A DNA stretch of 64,000 bases from contig OZ251539.1 of the NCBI GenBank assembly GCA_965243135.1, positions 5,184,001-5,248,000 of the forward strand, read 5' to 3'. Below are positions 1-10,089 of the stretch, one piece after another; within the stretch, counting starts at the first letter, position 1, and each line of letters begins with the position of its first letter. The position numbers were made by a program, and so were the translations under genes. Origin of the DNA: Alphaproteobacteria bacterium (GTDB taxonomy: Bacteria; Pseudomonadota; Alphaproteobacteria; MPNO01; UBA830). Under the pieces are notes generated by a model. The model had not been told where the DNA came from. It saw nothing but the letters and a program-made list of their open reading frames with translations, and searched no databases.

Positions 1-54
1 AATGCCGATCGCCAGGAAGACCGCCGCGTAGTAGAAGGAGTAGCGCGCCGCCAT
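1..54 (-). CDS. N-terminal fragment of a probable MFS transporter (HcaT-like), runs off window
   Basis: Minus strand reads MAARYSFYYAAVFLAIGI, like the first TM helix of HcaT/MFS_1-like transporters; divergent from the TPP-enzyme operon. Confidence 0.45.
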   Translation of the reverse strand, partial: MAARYSFYYAAVFLAIGI

Positions 55-162
55 CCCGACGAGCTTTAGTCCATCTTCGGCGGCCGCACACGCGATTTGT
101 CGCGAGGTGGATTGCCGCTCTGGGCCATGCTAACGAATCGCGGGCGGCGGAAGGGGACGATC

Positions 163-1914
163 ATGCCGGAAACCACGATCGAAGTCGAAAGCGCCGCCGA
201 GGCGTATCTGGCGCTCCTGAAGGATCGCGGAGTGGACTACCTGCTCGGCAATGCGGGCACGGATTTTCCGTCCATAATCGAAGGGTTGTCGAAGTCGCTC
301 GCCGGCGAAGGAAGCGCCCCGGCGCCCGTCACCGTGCCGCACGAAAATCTCGGCGTCGCGATGGCGCACGGCTACTACGTCGCCACCGGACGGCTGTGCG
401 CGGTGATGGTCCACGTCAACGTCGGCACCGCCAACGCCCTGTGCGGCGTCATGAACGCCGCGCGCGAGAACGTCCCGATACTGATGACGTCGGGGCGCAC
501 GCCGCTGACCGAGGAGGGACTCGACGGCGCGCGTTCGATCTACATCCACTGGGGCCAGGAGATGTTCGATCAGGCGGGCGTGATGCGGGAGATGGTCAAG
601 TGGGACTACGAACTCCGCAACGCGCGCCAGCTCGAGACGATCGTCGACCGCGCCGTCACCGTCGCCATGACCGAACCGCGGGGACCGGTCTACCTGACGC
701 TGCCGCGCGAGGTGCTCGCCGAGCGTCCCGGCAGCTTCGGTTTCCGTTCGCCGGCCCGCCGCGTCGCCGCGACCGCGCCCGCCGCCGACCCGGCCGCGCT
801 CGACCGGGCCGCGGAGATCCTCGCCCGCGCGGAGAACCCGCTCGTCGTCACGGCGAGCGCCGGGCGCGACCGCGCCGCGGTGCCCGCGCTCGAGTCCCTT
901 GCGGCCCGGTTCGCGCTGCCGGTGATTTCGTACCGCCCCCGCTACGTCAACATATCGTCGGATCACGACATGCATCTGGGCTACGAGCCAGGTCCCCACC
1001 TCCCGGCCGCCGATGCGGTGCTGGTGGTCGATTGCGACGTTCCCTGGATTCCGTCGCTGCATCGGGTCGATCCCGACGCCGCGGTGATCCATCTGGGAGC
1101 GGATCCGCTGTTCGAGCGTTATCCGGTTCGCGGATTTCCGTGCGATCTCGCGATCACCGGCGCCGCTCCCGACGCGCTTCGCAAGTTGGAGGAGGCGCTC
1201 GAGGATCGCGAGGGCGCCATGGCGCAGCGGATCGCTTCCCGGCGGTCCCGGGTCGCCGGGACCCGGGAAGAACAGCGCGCCGCCCGGCAAGCTTCCATCG
1301 ACCGGATCTCCGGCGGCGGCGGCGCGATGAACAACGCCTGGGTCGCGCATTGCCTCTCCCGCGTAAGGGAGGACGACGACGTGCTCGTGTCCGAGTCCCA
1401 GCTCTCCCTCGCGGACATGAACCTCCGCAAGCCCGGCACCTTTTTCGGAACCAGCCCGGCCGGCGGGCTGGGCTGGGGCCTCGGCGCGGCGCACGGCGTT
1501 AAGCTGGGCGAATCCGATCGGCGCGTGTTCTGCGTCGTCGGCGACGGCTCCTACATGTTCGGCAATCCGACGCCTGCGCATTTCGTGTCGGCGGCCAACG
1601 ATCTGCCGGTGCTGACCGTCATCCTCAACAACCGGATGTGGGGTTCGGTGCGCAAGGCGACCCTCGGCCTCTACCCCGACGGCGCGGCGTCGCGGGCGAA
1701 CCGCGCGCCGCTGACCTATCTCGACCCCGCGCCGGACTATCACAGGATCGTCGAGGCGTCGGACGGATACGGAGAAGAAGTGAAGGATCCCTCCGATCTT
1801 CCCGGGGCGCTCGAACGCGGCCTGAAATCCGTCGCCGTCGACCGGCGGCAGGCCGTGATCAACGTTCACACCGCGTACGACGACGCAGCGGCGATCGCCG
1901 ATGCCAGACGCTGA
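163..1914 (+). CDS. Thiamine pyrophosphate-requiring enzyme (acetolactate synthase/benzoylformate decarboxylase-like)
   Basis: N-terminal VPHE catalytic Glu, C-terminal GDGSY...LNN TPP/Mg motif; ATG at 163 after AAGGGG. Confidence 0.92.
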   Translation: MPETTIEVESAAEAYLALLKDRGVDYLLGNAGTDFPSIIEGLSKSLAGEGSAPAPVTVPHENLGVAMAHGYYVATGRLCAVMVHVNVGTANALCGVMNAARENVPILMTSGRTPLTEEGLDGARSIYIHWGQEMFDQAGVMREMVKWDYELRNARQLETIVDRAVTVAMTEPRGPVYLTLPREVLAERPGSFGFRSPARRVAATAPAADPAALDRAAEILARAENPLVVTASAGRDRAAVPALESLAARFALPVISYRPRYVNISSDHDMHLGYEPGPHLPAADAVLVVDCDVPWIPSLHRVDPDAAVIHLGADPLFERYPVRGFPCDLAITGAAPDALRKLEEALEDREGAMAQRIASRRSRVAGTREEQRAARQASIDRISGGGGAMNNAWVAHCLSRVREDDDVLVSESQLSLADMNLRKPGTFFGTSPAGGLGWGLGAAHGVKLGESDRRVFCVVGDGSYMFGNPTPAHFVSAANDLPVLTVILNNRMWGSVRKATLGLYPDGAASRANRAPLTYLDPAPDYHRIVEASDGYGEEVKDPSDLPGALERGLKSVAVDRRQAVINVHTAYDDAAAIADARR

Positions 1915-3088
1915 CGCGGGGTTTCCGGGCGACGCGCTGAACGCACTTCTGGAGCGGCTAGCCGACCATCCGTTCTACGAGGGCCGGCTTCCGGCCCGCG
2001 TCGCGGACGCGGCGGAATTCGCGGCCGCCGCGCCGCTGATGAGCCGATCCGACCTCGCGGCGGAAATGGAGAAGCCGGGCTACGGCGCGTTCGGCGGCTC
2101 GCGCCCGGTGCGCATGAACCTGAGCCCGATGGGCGGCTCGCTGGTGCCGGCGATGCAGACGCCGGGCGATATCGCGGCCATGATCGCCGCGGTCCGCACC
2201 CATCTCGACGCCTGCGGCATCGGGCCGGGCGACGTTTGCGCGGTCACTTTCGGTTATCACCTGTTCGTCGCCGGACTGTTCTACCAGACGCAGATGGAGG
2301 CCCACGGCGTGGGTTGCATTCCGCTCGGCCCGGGAGAAGCCGCCCGCGCCGCGGAAATCTGCAGGCGCCACGGCGTGACCGTGCTCGCCGGGAATCCGTC
2401 CTTCGCGCTCAGGCTGGTCGAGGAAGGCCTGCCGACGCCGCGGGTCTTCTTCGCCGGCGGCGAGCCGTTCACCGGCAACCCTGCGCTCTACGACGCGGTT
2501 CGCGCCGCCATGCCCGGCGCGATGCTGGTCGACTCCTTCTCGCTGTCGGAGTTCCTTCCCGTGGCGCGCACCTTTCCGGGCGGCGAGGGCGTGCACGCGT
2601 TCGACGAGCTGGCTTACGCGGAGGTTATCGATCCCGTCACCGGCGCGCTCCTGCCGGACGGCGAGCGGGGCGAACTGGTGCTGACGCACCTCAGGAAGGA
2701 AGCGCAGCCGCTGCTGCGATACCGCACCGGCGATCTGACGGTGAAGAGGATGACGGAGCCCGTATGCGGCCGCCGGACGAACCTGCCGAAAGTCGTGTTC
2801 GGCCGCACCGACGACATGATCAAGGCGAAAGGAGTGAAGATCTATCCTTCGGAGATCCGCACCGTCCTGCTCGGGCTGGACGGGCTGACCGGCCGATACC
2901 GGATGAAGGTCGCTCCGGGCGACCGCATCGCGCTCGCGCTGGAGGGCAGCGGAGGCGACGAGGCGGCCGAGGAAGTGGCGCGGCGCTTCAAGAGCCAGGT
3001 CCTGGTTTCGGCCGACGAAATCGCTTTCGTCGAGGATCTCGGCGACGGTCCGGTCGCGGTCGACGAACGGAGGGCCGGGGGAGGATGA
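1901..3088 (+). CDS. Phenylacetate-CoA ligase family (AMP-binding) protein
   Basis: GGEPF, GELVLTHL...PLLRYRTGD and GRTDDMIKAKGVKIYP motifs; overlaps upstream stop. Confidence 0.85.
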   Translation: MPDADAGFPGDALNALLERLADHPFYEGRLPARVADAAEFAAAAPLMSRSDLAAEMEKPGYGAFGGSRPVRMNLSPMGGSLVPAMQTPGDIAAMIAAVRTHLDACGIGPGDVCAVTFGYHLFVAGLFYQTQMEAHGVGCIPLGPGEAARAAEICRRHGVTVLAGNPSFALRLVEEGLPTPRVFFAGGEPFTGNPALYDAVRAAMPGAMLVDSFSLSEFLPVARTFPGGEGVHAFDELAYAEVIDPVTGALLPDGERGELVLTHLRKEAQPLLRYRTGDLTVKRMTEPVCGRRTNLPKVVFGRTDDMIKAKGVKIYPSEIRTVLLGLDGLTGRYRMKVAPGDRIALALEGSGGDEAAEEVARRFKSQVLVSADEIAFVEDLGDGPVAVDERRAGGG

Positions 3089-4191
3089 CCGAAGGCGTCT
3101 GGCGGTTCATCGTCGACCGCAACTCCTATGCGGATTTTTCGGTTTCGGTATCGCCGGCCGTCGAACGGGCCGTGACGGCCGGCGAGGCGCCGCCGACGGT
3201 CTTTCTCAACCTGTTCGATCGGGATTCGATCACGGTCGGCGTCAACGAAGATCCAGAACAGGTGCTCGACGTCGAGTATTGCCGCGCTCGCGGGATAGAT
3301 TTCCGGCGGCGCGTCAACGGCGGCGGCGCGATCTACGCGGGCGCGGGGTCCGCGTTCCTGGTCTATTTCGTGCCCGTCTCGCATCTCCGCGCGCCGCCGA
3401 CCACCGCGGCGGCGTTTCCGGCCATCCTCACGGCCTTCGCGGAGACGCTCAGCGATCTCTACGGCATCCCGGCCCGCTACCGGCCGCTCAACGACGTCGA
3501 GGTGGAGGGACGCAAGCTGGTTCCGACGTCGCTCAAGATCGAGAACGGGGTGATGACCTTCCGCATCGTCGTCAACGTCCGCGAGATCGCCACCGGAGTC
3601 GCGGCGCGGGCGATGCCGATGCCTCCCGAAAAGGTGGGCGACAAGGCGCTCAAGGATCTGCGGTCGCGGTTCACCTGTCTGGAGCGCGAAGCGGGGCGCG
3701 CGTTTTCGGAAAGCGATCTCGTGGAGATGGCCCGCGAGGCCGTCGCGAACGCGTTCGATGCGCCCGCTCTCGACGCCGGCGCGCTCGCCGACGCCGAACG
3801 GCGCTACGCGGAGGAGTTCCGCGCCCGCTTCGACACGGATGCCTGGCTGTTCGGAAAGAGCGAACGCAACCGGTTGACCGGTTTGTTGCGGGCCGGCGAC
3901 GCGGTCGGCCGGGGGCGTCACAAGGCGGTCGGCGGAATGATATGGGCGACTCTCGCGGTGCGGGACGGCGCGATCCTGCATGCGATCGTCAACGGCGACT
4001 GGCATCCCCGCCCGATCGACAGCGTCGGCAGGCTCGAGGAAGCGTTGGCCGGGTCGGCGGCCGAGTCCGCGGCGCTGCAGGGGGCGGTCGCCGATTTCCT
4101 CGCGGGCGACGTCGAGTTCGCGGGCGTCGAGGCGGACGACCTGATGTCGGCTTTGGACAAGGCGCTCGGCGCTTGCGAACCGGTTCGCTGA
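3085..4191 (+). CDS. Lipoate-protein ligase A family protein
   Basis: RRVNGGGAIY and NDVEVEGRKL motifs plus LplA C-terminal domain; ATGA overlap with the previous gene. Confidence 0.88.
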   Translation: MTEGVWRFIVDRNSYADFSVSVSPAVERAVTAGEAPPTVFLNLFDRDSITVGVNEDPEQVLDVEYCRARGIDFRRRVNGGGAIYAGAGSAFLVYFVPVSHLRAPPTTAAAFPAILTAFAETLSDLYGIPARYRPLNDVEVEGRKLVPTSLKIENGVMTFRIVVNVREIATGVAARAMPMPPEKVGDKALKDLRSRFTCLEREAGRAFSESDLVEMAREAVANAFDAPALDAGALADAERRYAEEFRARFDTDAWLFGKSERNRLTGLLRAGDAVGRGRHKAVGGMIWATLAVRDGAILHAIVNGDWHPRPIDSVGRLEEALAGSAAESAALQGAVADFLAGDVEFAGVEADDLMSALDKALGACEPVR

Positions 4192-4605
4192 ACGTTTCGG
4201 ACGATCTGGCGGAGACGGAATGGCCGTCGTCGGGCGGCGCCTATCTGCTTTACTTCGCGGTCGAGTTTCCGCTCGCCCTGGCGATCCCCCGGCTTGGCGA
4301 TCCGGTTCTGAACCCGGGCAGCTACGTATACGCCGGGAGCGCATGGGGTCCGGGCGGACTCCGGGCTCGGGTCGCGCGCCATCTGAGGCCGGGCAAACCG
4401 CGCCGCTGGCATGTCGACCATCTCGCGTCGGCCGTCGGATGCCGCGCGGCGCGGGTTTTCCCGGGCGGTCGGGAATGCGCGCTCGTTGCCGATCTGTCGG
4501 CGGCCGGCGCGACGTTTCCGGCGCGCGGTTTCGGCAGTTCGGATTGCCGAGTATGCGAGGCCCATCTCCTTCGCCTTCCGGATCACTGACGAAAGCTCCT
4601 CGCCG
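4143..4605 (+). repeat. Copy 1 of ~460-bp direct repeat (lplA 3' end plus DUF123 gene)
   Basis: Aligns with 6425-6885; central part nearly identical. Confidence 0.95.
4188..4589 (+). CDS. DUF123 / GIY-YIG (Uri superfamily) nuclease
   Basis: GAYLL, YVYAGSAWGPGGLRARVARH, WHVDHL, GFGSSDC-x-C-x-AHL; start uncertain (CTG at 4188). Confidence 0.8.
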   Translation: MNVSDDLAETEWPSSGGAYLLYFAVEFPLALAIPRLGDPVLNPGSYVYAGSAWGPGGLRARVARHLRPGKPRRWHVDHLASAVGCRAARVFPGGRECALVADLSAAGATFPARGFGSSDCRVCEAHLLRLPDH

Positions 4606-4780
4606 TCCAGAAACCGTCGCGCGACGGGCATTGCACCCGCGGTCTCGCCGTTTCATGAGGTTCTGAAGCGTCTTTCGGCTTGCCGATCGCTTCCGCCGCT
4701 GTCAGCAAGGCGATTCGCGCCGCCGTGAATGCGAGCGGCCGGACGGTTATCCTCGGGGTCGGATTCACATTAAAGGAAAC

Positions 4781-5302
4781 CTATCGTGTATCCGGAAGGT
4801 TTTTCATGGACAATTGAGAATCACGAAGGCGTTCTCCGCTCAAATTCTCGATCGCTTCCGCAATTGGTCCCAGTTTGGCAGGGCCCGAAAACGCCTTGGC
4901 GTTCAATATTCGTGCAACCTCTTTTGGATCCATACTCGACATGAATTTGAATATTTTTGGAATCCCCACAGCACGCGAAGAAGGCACTTGAGTTTCAATT
5001 CTATAAACCGACCAAAAGTTACGAATATCGCCAATCGTAGGCAGAAAAAAGCGGCGCTCAAATTGCTCCGCAGCTCGAACCAATATCGATTCTCTGTCGG
5101 ACGGTAAATCCATTTTGAGAACATACTCGACAGCGCTTAAGCTCCGTTTTTTCCTTTTCGAAGATATGTTCTCAGGACGTGGATTTTTTCTTCGATTTCC
5201 AGCGCGACTTGACTTCATCTCCCGAAGAGCCTGATTAACGGAAGCATATCCGTATCGTTCGACAATCGGACCCAGCGCGTCCCGCAGACCGTCGTCAGCC
5301 AT
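4781..5302 (-). CDS. Hypothetical protein, low-GC, coupled to ParA-like gene
   Basis: ORF MADDGLRDALG...; start overlaps the ParA stop region; AT-rich relative to flanks. Confidence 0.65.
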   Translation of the reverse strand: MADDGLRDALGPIVERYGYASVNQALREMKSSRAGNRRKNPRPENISSKRKKRSLSAVEYVLKMDLPSDRESILVRAAEQFERRFFLPTIGDIRNFWSVYRIETQVPSSRAVGIPKIFKFMSSMDPKEVARILNAKAFSGPAKLGPIAEAIENLSGERLRDSQLSMKNLPDTR

Positions 5303-6150
5303 ATTTAAGTCCCTTCGTTGACAAACCGGTTTTGCAGAAAAATTCTTTTGCAAAATTCTCAAATTTCGTCGCATTTCCAAGATGGGTGAAATTGCCGCGC
5401 ATCATTTTCGGAAACCCTCGGGAATGTAGTATTTGATTTTCGAAAATATGCCATCTATTCTTTTGCGATTGTTGTTTTATTTCTTCTAGAGCTTCTCTCT
5501 TCTCCGGACCTCCGTCGTTTCCTCCATGATAAAAACCGTTATTGATCACCACGCCGATGATTGAAATCTTATGGCCCCTGTTCTCCCGTTTGAATTTAGT
5601 CAATGATTGTTTCAGCAAGGGAAATCCGATCGTCGGAAAATATTCAGGCCTGACCGGAACCAGCCGAGAGGCGTGATAGGCAACCCGAGTAAACACCGAT
5701 TCCGTAGGTGCGCAATCGATCAAGTCTTTTTCCTGGAAGTTATCCGAAATGTACCGAGCGATTATTTTGGGATCGGGTTTTAAGGATTCAATTAGATGAT
5801 CCGAGAAGTCAAAACGAGAAGGAATGAGCTGAAGCCCCGAGGTGTCGATAGTCACGTCGTCAACTTCAAGTGGTGTGGGCGCCTCCCGTCCCAGGGAAGG
5901 AGGCCTGTATCCCGAAAAAATCTCAACGACGGATGGCGATTTCGAGGTCAGAAAATCTTTATAATTGTGTGGCATTAGAGCTTGAGACAGGTTGGCTTCG
6001 TGGATCCAGGTCAATAGCCAAAACGTCCAACCGAAGACGTCTGGCAGCATGCTGCCCAAGCAGTGCGGCGATCAGCGTCTTGCCGACGCCGCCCTTCATG
6101 TTGATGACGGAGACGCATACGGGTTTGCGTCTTCTCTGTTTCTGTCCCAA
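5295..6150 (-). pseudogene. ParA/Soj-family ATPase, frameshifted
   Basis: VSVINMKGGVGKT...AIDLDP in one frame; ANLSQAL...IDCAP...VPVRP in another; shift near 6000; 5' end approximate. Confidence 0.85.
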
Positions 6151-6249
6151 TGCCCTTAATCCTCCGACAGCGAGAACCATACATACAACAAGTCTCCATT
6201 GTCGGCAACACGATCTTCTTAGGAACGCGTGCGAGGGTGACACTCATCA

Positions 6250-6424
6250 CCCACAGATCGGCGAGCGCGTTTCCGAAATGATCTCGGCGCAACGGCGGGT
6301 GCCGGTGCGCGGCCCCTTCGCGGTTCTTCTCCATGCGCCCGAGATCGCTGAGCCGTTCGCCAATTTCGTGAACCTTTCCCGGTCCGAGGAAGTCTCCCGC
6401 ATTCCCCTGCACCTGAAGGAATCC
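6250..6424 (+). pseudogene. Fragment of a carboxymuconolactone decarboxylase/AhpD-like gene
   Basis: RGPFAVLLHAPEIAEPF...SRIPLHLKE resembles the CMD N-terminus and breaks off at the repeat-copy junction. Confidence 0.5.
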
Positions 6425-6885
6425 GATGTCGGCCTTGGGCAAGGCGCTCGACGCTTGCGAACCGGTTTCTGAACGCTTCGGGCGACCGGGCGGAGACGGA
6501 GTCGCCATCGTCGGGCGGTGCCTATCTGCCCTATTTCGAGGTTGAGTTTCCGCTTGCCTCGCGACCCCCCGGCTTGGCGATCCGGTTCTGAACCCGGGCA
6601 ACTGCGTATACGCCGGAAGCGCGTGGGGTTCGGGCGGGCTCCGGGCTCGGGTCGCCCGCCATCTGAGGCCGGGCAAACCGCGCCGCCGACATGTCGACCA
6701 TCTCGCGTCGGCCGTCGGATGCCGCACGGCGCGGGTTTTCCCGGGCGGTCGGGAATGCGCGCTCGTTGCCGATCTGTCGGCGGCCGGCGCGACGTTTCCG
6801 GCGCGCGGTTTCGGCAGTTCGGATTGCCGGGCATGCGAGGCCCATCTCCTTCGCCTTCCGGATCGCTGACGAAAGCTCCTCGCCG
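6425..6885 (+). pseudogene. Copy 2 of direct repeat: degenerate duplicate of lplA 3' end plus DUF123
   Basis: Homologous to 4143-4605, with substitutions and 1-bp deletions in the 5' half. Confidence 0.92.
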
Positions 6886-6975
6886 CGCCGCCCCGAAGCG
6901 GGCGTGAATACGGGCGCGGCGCAAACGCCTCGCCTCCTCTTTGACGGTTCCGGCGCGGCGGCCTACTCTTCCCAA

Positions 6976-8523
6976 ATGGCTAAACGCATGCTTCCGATCG
7001 GCTTTTCCTCTCTCCGGGAGATCCGGGGGATGGATTGCTACTACGTCGACAAGACTGACCATGTGCGCCGTCTCGTCGAGAGGGGCAAATACTATTTCCT
7101 GTCGCGTCCGCGCCGGTTCGGCAAGACCCTCCTGGTGGACACGCTGCAAGAGCTGTTCGAGGGAAGCGAGGAGTTGTTCCGGGACCTCGCCGTGCACGAC
7201 GGGTGGGACTGGTCGGCGCGCCACCCGGTCGTGCGGCTCAGCTTCGGCGGGCGCAATTTCGTCGTCCCGGACCGCGTTCGGGAAACCGTGGAAGCGCAGC
7301 TGGAAGAGACGGAGATGCAGGCCGGCCTCGAGCCGGGCCCCGCCGGGGCGGCGATCCGTTTCCGGCGCCTGATAAGGACGCTGCACGAACGCACCGGGCA
7401 GCGGGCGGTCGTGCTGGTGGACGAATACGACAAGCCGATCCTGGACGCGCTCGGCGACCGGGAACTGGCGCTGGCCAACCGCGACTTCCTGCGCGACCTG
7501 TACGGGGTTATCAAGGACTGCGACGAGCATCTCCGCTTCGTTTTCCTGACGGGGGTGAGCAAGTTCTCGAAGGCAGGCCTGTTCTCGGGCCTGAACAACC
7601 TGCGCGACATCACGCTGGCGCCGGAGTTCTCGGACATTTGCGGCTGCACGGACGCGGAACTGGACGCGGTCTTCGCCCCGGAACTGGAGGGCCTGGACCG
7701 GGACGAAATCCGGCGCTGGTACAACGGCTACAACTGGTGCGGGCCGGAGAAGCTCTACAACCCGTTCGGCGTCTTGCTGCTGCTCGCCGAGCGCAGGTTC
7801 GGCAACTACTGGTTCCAGAGCGGCACGCCGACCTTCCTCGTAGACCTTCTGTCGCGGCGTCAGGTCGAGACGCCCGCCTTGGGGTGCATGGTCGCGGATG
7901 ACGACTTGCTGTCGACCTTCGACGTCGACGACATCTCGACCGAAGCGCTTTTGTTCCAGACCGGCTATCTGACCATCGCTGGCGAGGATGCCGCCGACGG
8001 CGGGAGCCTGTACCGGCTGGATTACCCGAACCACGAGGTGAAGCTCAGCCTGAACAGGCGGCTGCTGCGCGCAATGGCGCCGGCAACGGGACGGGATGCG
8101 ATGAGGCAAGCGGAGCTGGCCAGGATGACGGCGGAGGACGATCCGGAGAAGGTGAGAGCGCTGTTCGAGGCGTTCTTCGCGAGCATTCCTCACGACTGGC
8201 ACCGGAAGAACGACCTCGCGAATTACGAGGGCTATTGGGCGGCCCTCGTCTACTCGCATTTCGCGGCGGCGGGTCTGGACGTTCGGGTCGAGGAAGCGAC
8301 CGCCCGCGGACGTCTGGACATGGCGGTGCTGAGTCCGGGGTGCGTGCATCTGTACGAGTTCAAGGTCGTGGATGGGAAGCCGGAAGGCATGGCGCTGGCG
8401 CAGATGCGGGAGCGCGGCTACGCGGACAAGTACCGGCATCTCGGCGTGCCGATCCGGCTGATCGGCATGGAGTTCGGCCGAGAAGAGCGCAACATCGTCG
8501 GCTTCGAGTTCGAGACCGCCTGA
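6976..8523 (+). CDS. AAA-ATPase-like protein with C-terminal PD-(D/E)XK nuclease (PDDEXK_9 type)
   Basis: LPIG...YYVDKT, SRPRRFGKT, VLVDEYDKP, FLTGVSKFS, GRLDMAV...YEFKV. Confidence 0.93.
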   Translation: MAKRMLPIGFSSLREIRGMDCYYVDKTDHVRRLVERGKYYFLSRPRRFGKTLLVDTLQELFEGSEELFRDLAVHDGWDWSARHPVVRLSFGGRNFVVPDRVRETVEAQLEETEMQAGLEPGPAGAAIRFRRLIRTLHERTGQRAVVLVDEYDKPILDALGDRELALANRDFLRDLYGVIKDCDEHLRFVFLTGVSKFSKAGLFSGLNNLRDITLAPEFSDICGCTDAELDAVFAPELEGLDRDEIRRWYNGYNWCGPEKLYNPFGVLLLLAERRFGNYWFQSGTPTFLVDLLSRRQVETPALGCMVADDDLLSTFDVDDISTEALLFQTGYLTIAGEDAADGGSLYRLDYPNHEVKLSLNRRLLRAMAPATGRDAMRQAELARMTAEDDPEKVRALFEAFFASIPHDWHRKNDLANYEGYWAALVYSHFAAAGLDVRVEEATARGRLDMAVLSPGCVHLYEFKVVDGKPEGMALAQMRERGYADKYRHLGVPIRLIGMEFGREERNIVGFEFETA

Positions 8524-9048
8524 AGCCGGGCGGATTCGACGTCCTGTCCGGACATTTCGGCAGACGGGCACGCCTCGGCGAACGGCCGCCATTTTCCCCG
8601 GACATTTTCGCTGTCTTCCGTTTTCGCGTCGGCGTCTTCCTGCGGACGCTCCTGCGCCGTTCCCGGCGTCCCGAAACGCCGACGGCGTTCAAGAGCGGAG
8701 AGTCGCGCCGCTTCGGGCGACCGCGGATTTTCCGGCCGGCACAGCGTTTTCCCCAAAGGCCCCAAGCCAGCCCTCCGCCCGGACGCCGGCCTTGCGATGA
8801 ACGGCTGCGCCGGGCAAAACCCCGGTCGCCGCCATGACCGCCGGAAAACATCGGTTTCGAAACGACGGCATGGTCCGTTCCGGCAGGCGGCCGGCGGTCA
8901 AGTCGACGCCGAACGATGCCGATTTCGTTGGCATCTTCGTCCAGCCTTCGGCGTCGCGAGGCGGGGCGGCGCGGACTCGAGCCGTCGCAGCCGACCGGCC
9001 GGGCCGCAGCCCGCCACAATCGTCGCAGCGCAAGCGCCTCCCTCCAGC

Positions 9049-9077
9049 TTGACATGGAGGCGGTCCATCTTTATACG
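9049..9077 (+). promoter_or_regulatory. Putative sigma70-type promoter for the SPFH operon
   Basis: TTGACA-N17-TATACG about 60 bp upstream of the ATG; -35 flanked by a CCTCCA/TGGAGG inverted repeat. Confidence 0.45.
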
Positions 9078-9135
9078 TCCGCGGACGCGAAGATTGTCCT
9101 TTTGTCCTCGGATTATTTCGCTTGAAGATAAAGGA

Positions 9136-10089
9136 ATGGTAGAAATGACTGTCGACCCGTCGTTGTATCCCGGTCTTGGGGAAATCATCGCTGCGTTGCT
9201 TGTTGTTTTTGCGCTGTTGATCATTTGGCGGGGAGTGAAGGTCGTTCCGCAATCCGACGTCTACATCGTCGAAAGGTTCGGAAAGTACATTCGCACGCTG
9301 CCTGCAGGCCTGAACTTTATCGTCCCTTTTCTTGACAGGGTTTCTCATCGGATTTCCATCCTTGAACGCCAGCTTCCTGAATTTCAAATCAGCGTTATCA
9401 CGCGAGATAACGTCGAGGTGAATCTCGAGGCGACGGTGTTCTACAGAATCGTCGATGCGGCGCGTTCCGTTTATCGAATTCGCAATGTGGATTCGGCCCT
9501 TCATACCGAAGCGACGTCGATCGTGCGTTCGGCGGCAGGACGACTGGAACTGGACGAACTGCAGTCCTCGCGCGAGTCGATGAATCAGGAAATCGGGGAG
9601 AGCCTGCAGGCCAAGTCCGATGAGTGGGGGCTCGACATCACTTCCACGGCGATTACCGATGTCGTGGTGGACGAGCAGACCAAGACTGCGCAGCGTCAGC
9701 AGTTGAACGCCGAACGCGAGCGGCGCGCCGCGATCGCTCGCGCGGAGGGCGACAAAAGGGCGGTCGAGCTCGCGGCCGAAGCCAAGTTGTTCGAGGCGCA
9801 AAAGGAAGCCGAAGCGTTGCGCGTGACCGCGGACGCGGAAGCCTACGCCGTGCGCGTAAAGGCCACTGCCGATGCCGAACAGGTTCGGTTGGTCGCCGCT
9901 TCGATCGCCGACGAAGGGCAGCCGGCCGTTGACTTTGAAGTCCTGAAGCGTCAGGTTGACGCGCTCGGTCGGCTGGCGGCCTCGGACAACGCCAAGACGG
10001 TCATCGTCCCGACGGATGTCACCGGCGTTATCGGCTCGCTGCAGTTGATCTTCGAGAACTTGCGAAGGCCTTCCGATGGGGTTTCTTGA
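9136..10089 (+). CDS. SPFH/Band 7 (QmcA/stomatin-like) protein
   Basis: N-terminal TM helix, VERFGKY...PGLNFIVPFLD, ITRDNV, AERERRA coiled coil. Confidence 0.93.
   Translation: MVEMTVDPSLYPGLGEIIAALLVVFALLIIWRGVKVVPQSDVYIVERFGKYIRTLPAGLNFIVPFLDRVSHRISILERQLPEFQISVITRDNVEVNLEATVFYRIVDAARSVYRIRNVDSALHTEATSIVRSAAGRLELDELQSSRESMNQEIGESLQAKSDEWGLDITSTAITDVVVDEQTKTAQRQQLNAERERRAAIARAEGDKRAVELAAEAKLFEAQKEAEALRVTADAEAYAVRVKATADAEQVRLVAASIADEGQPAVDFEVLKRQVDALGRLAASDNAKTVIVPTDVTGVIGSLQLIFENLRRPSDGVS

Noticed and set aside
6976-8523. AAA-PD-(D/E)XK gene as a new system
   Set aside because: Widespread, often multicopy stand-alone family with no special context here
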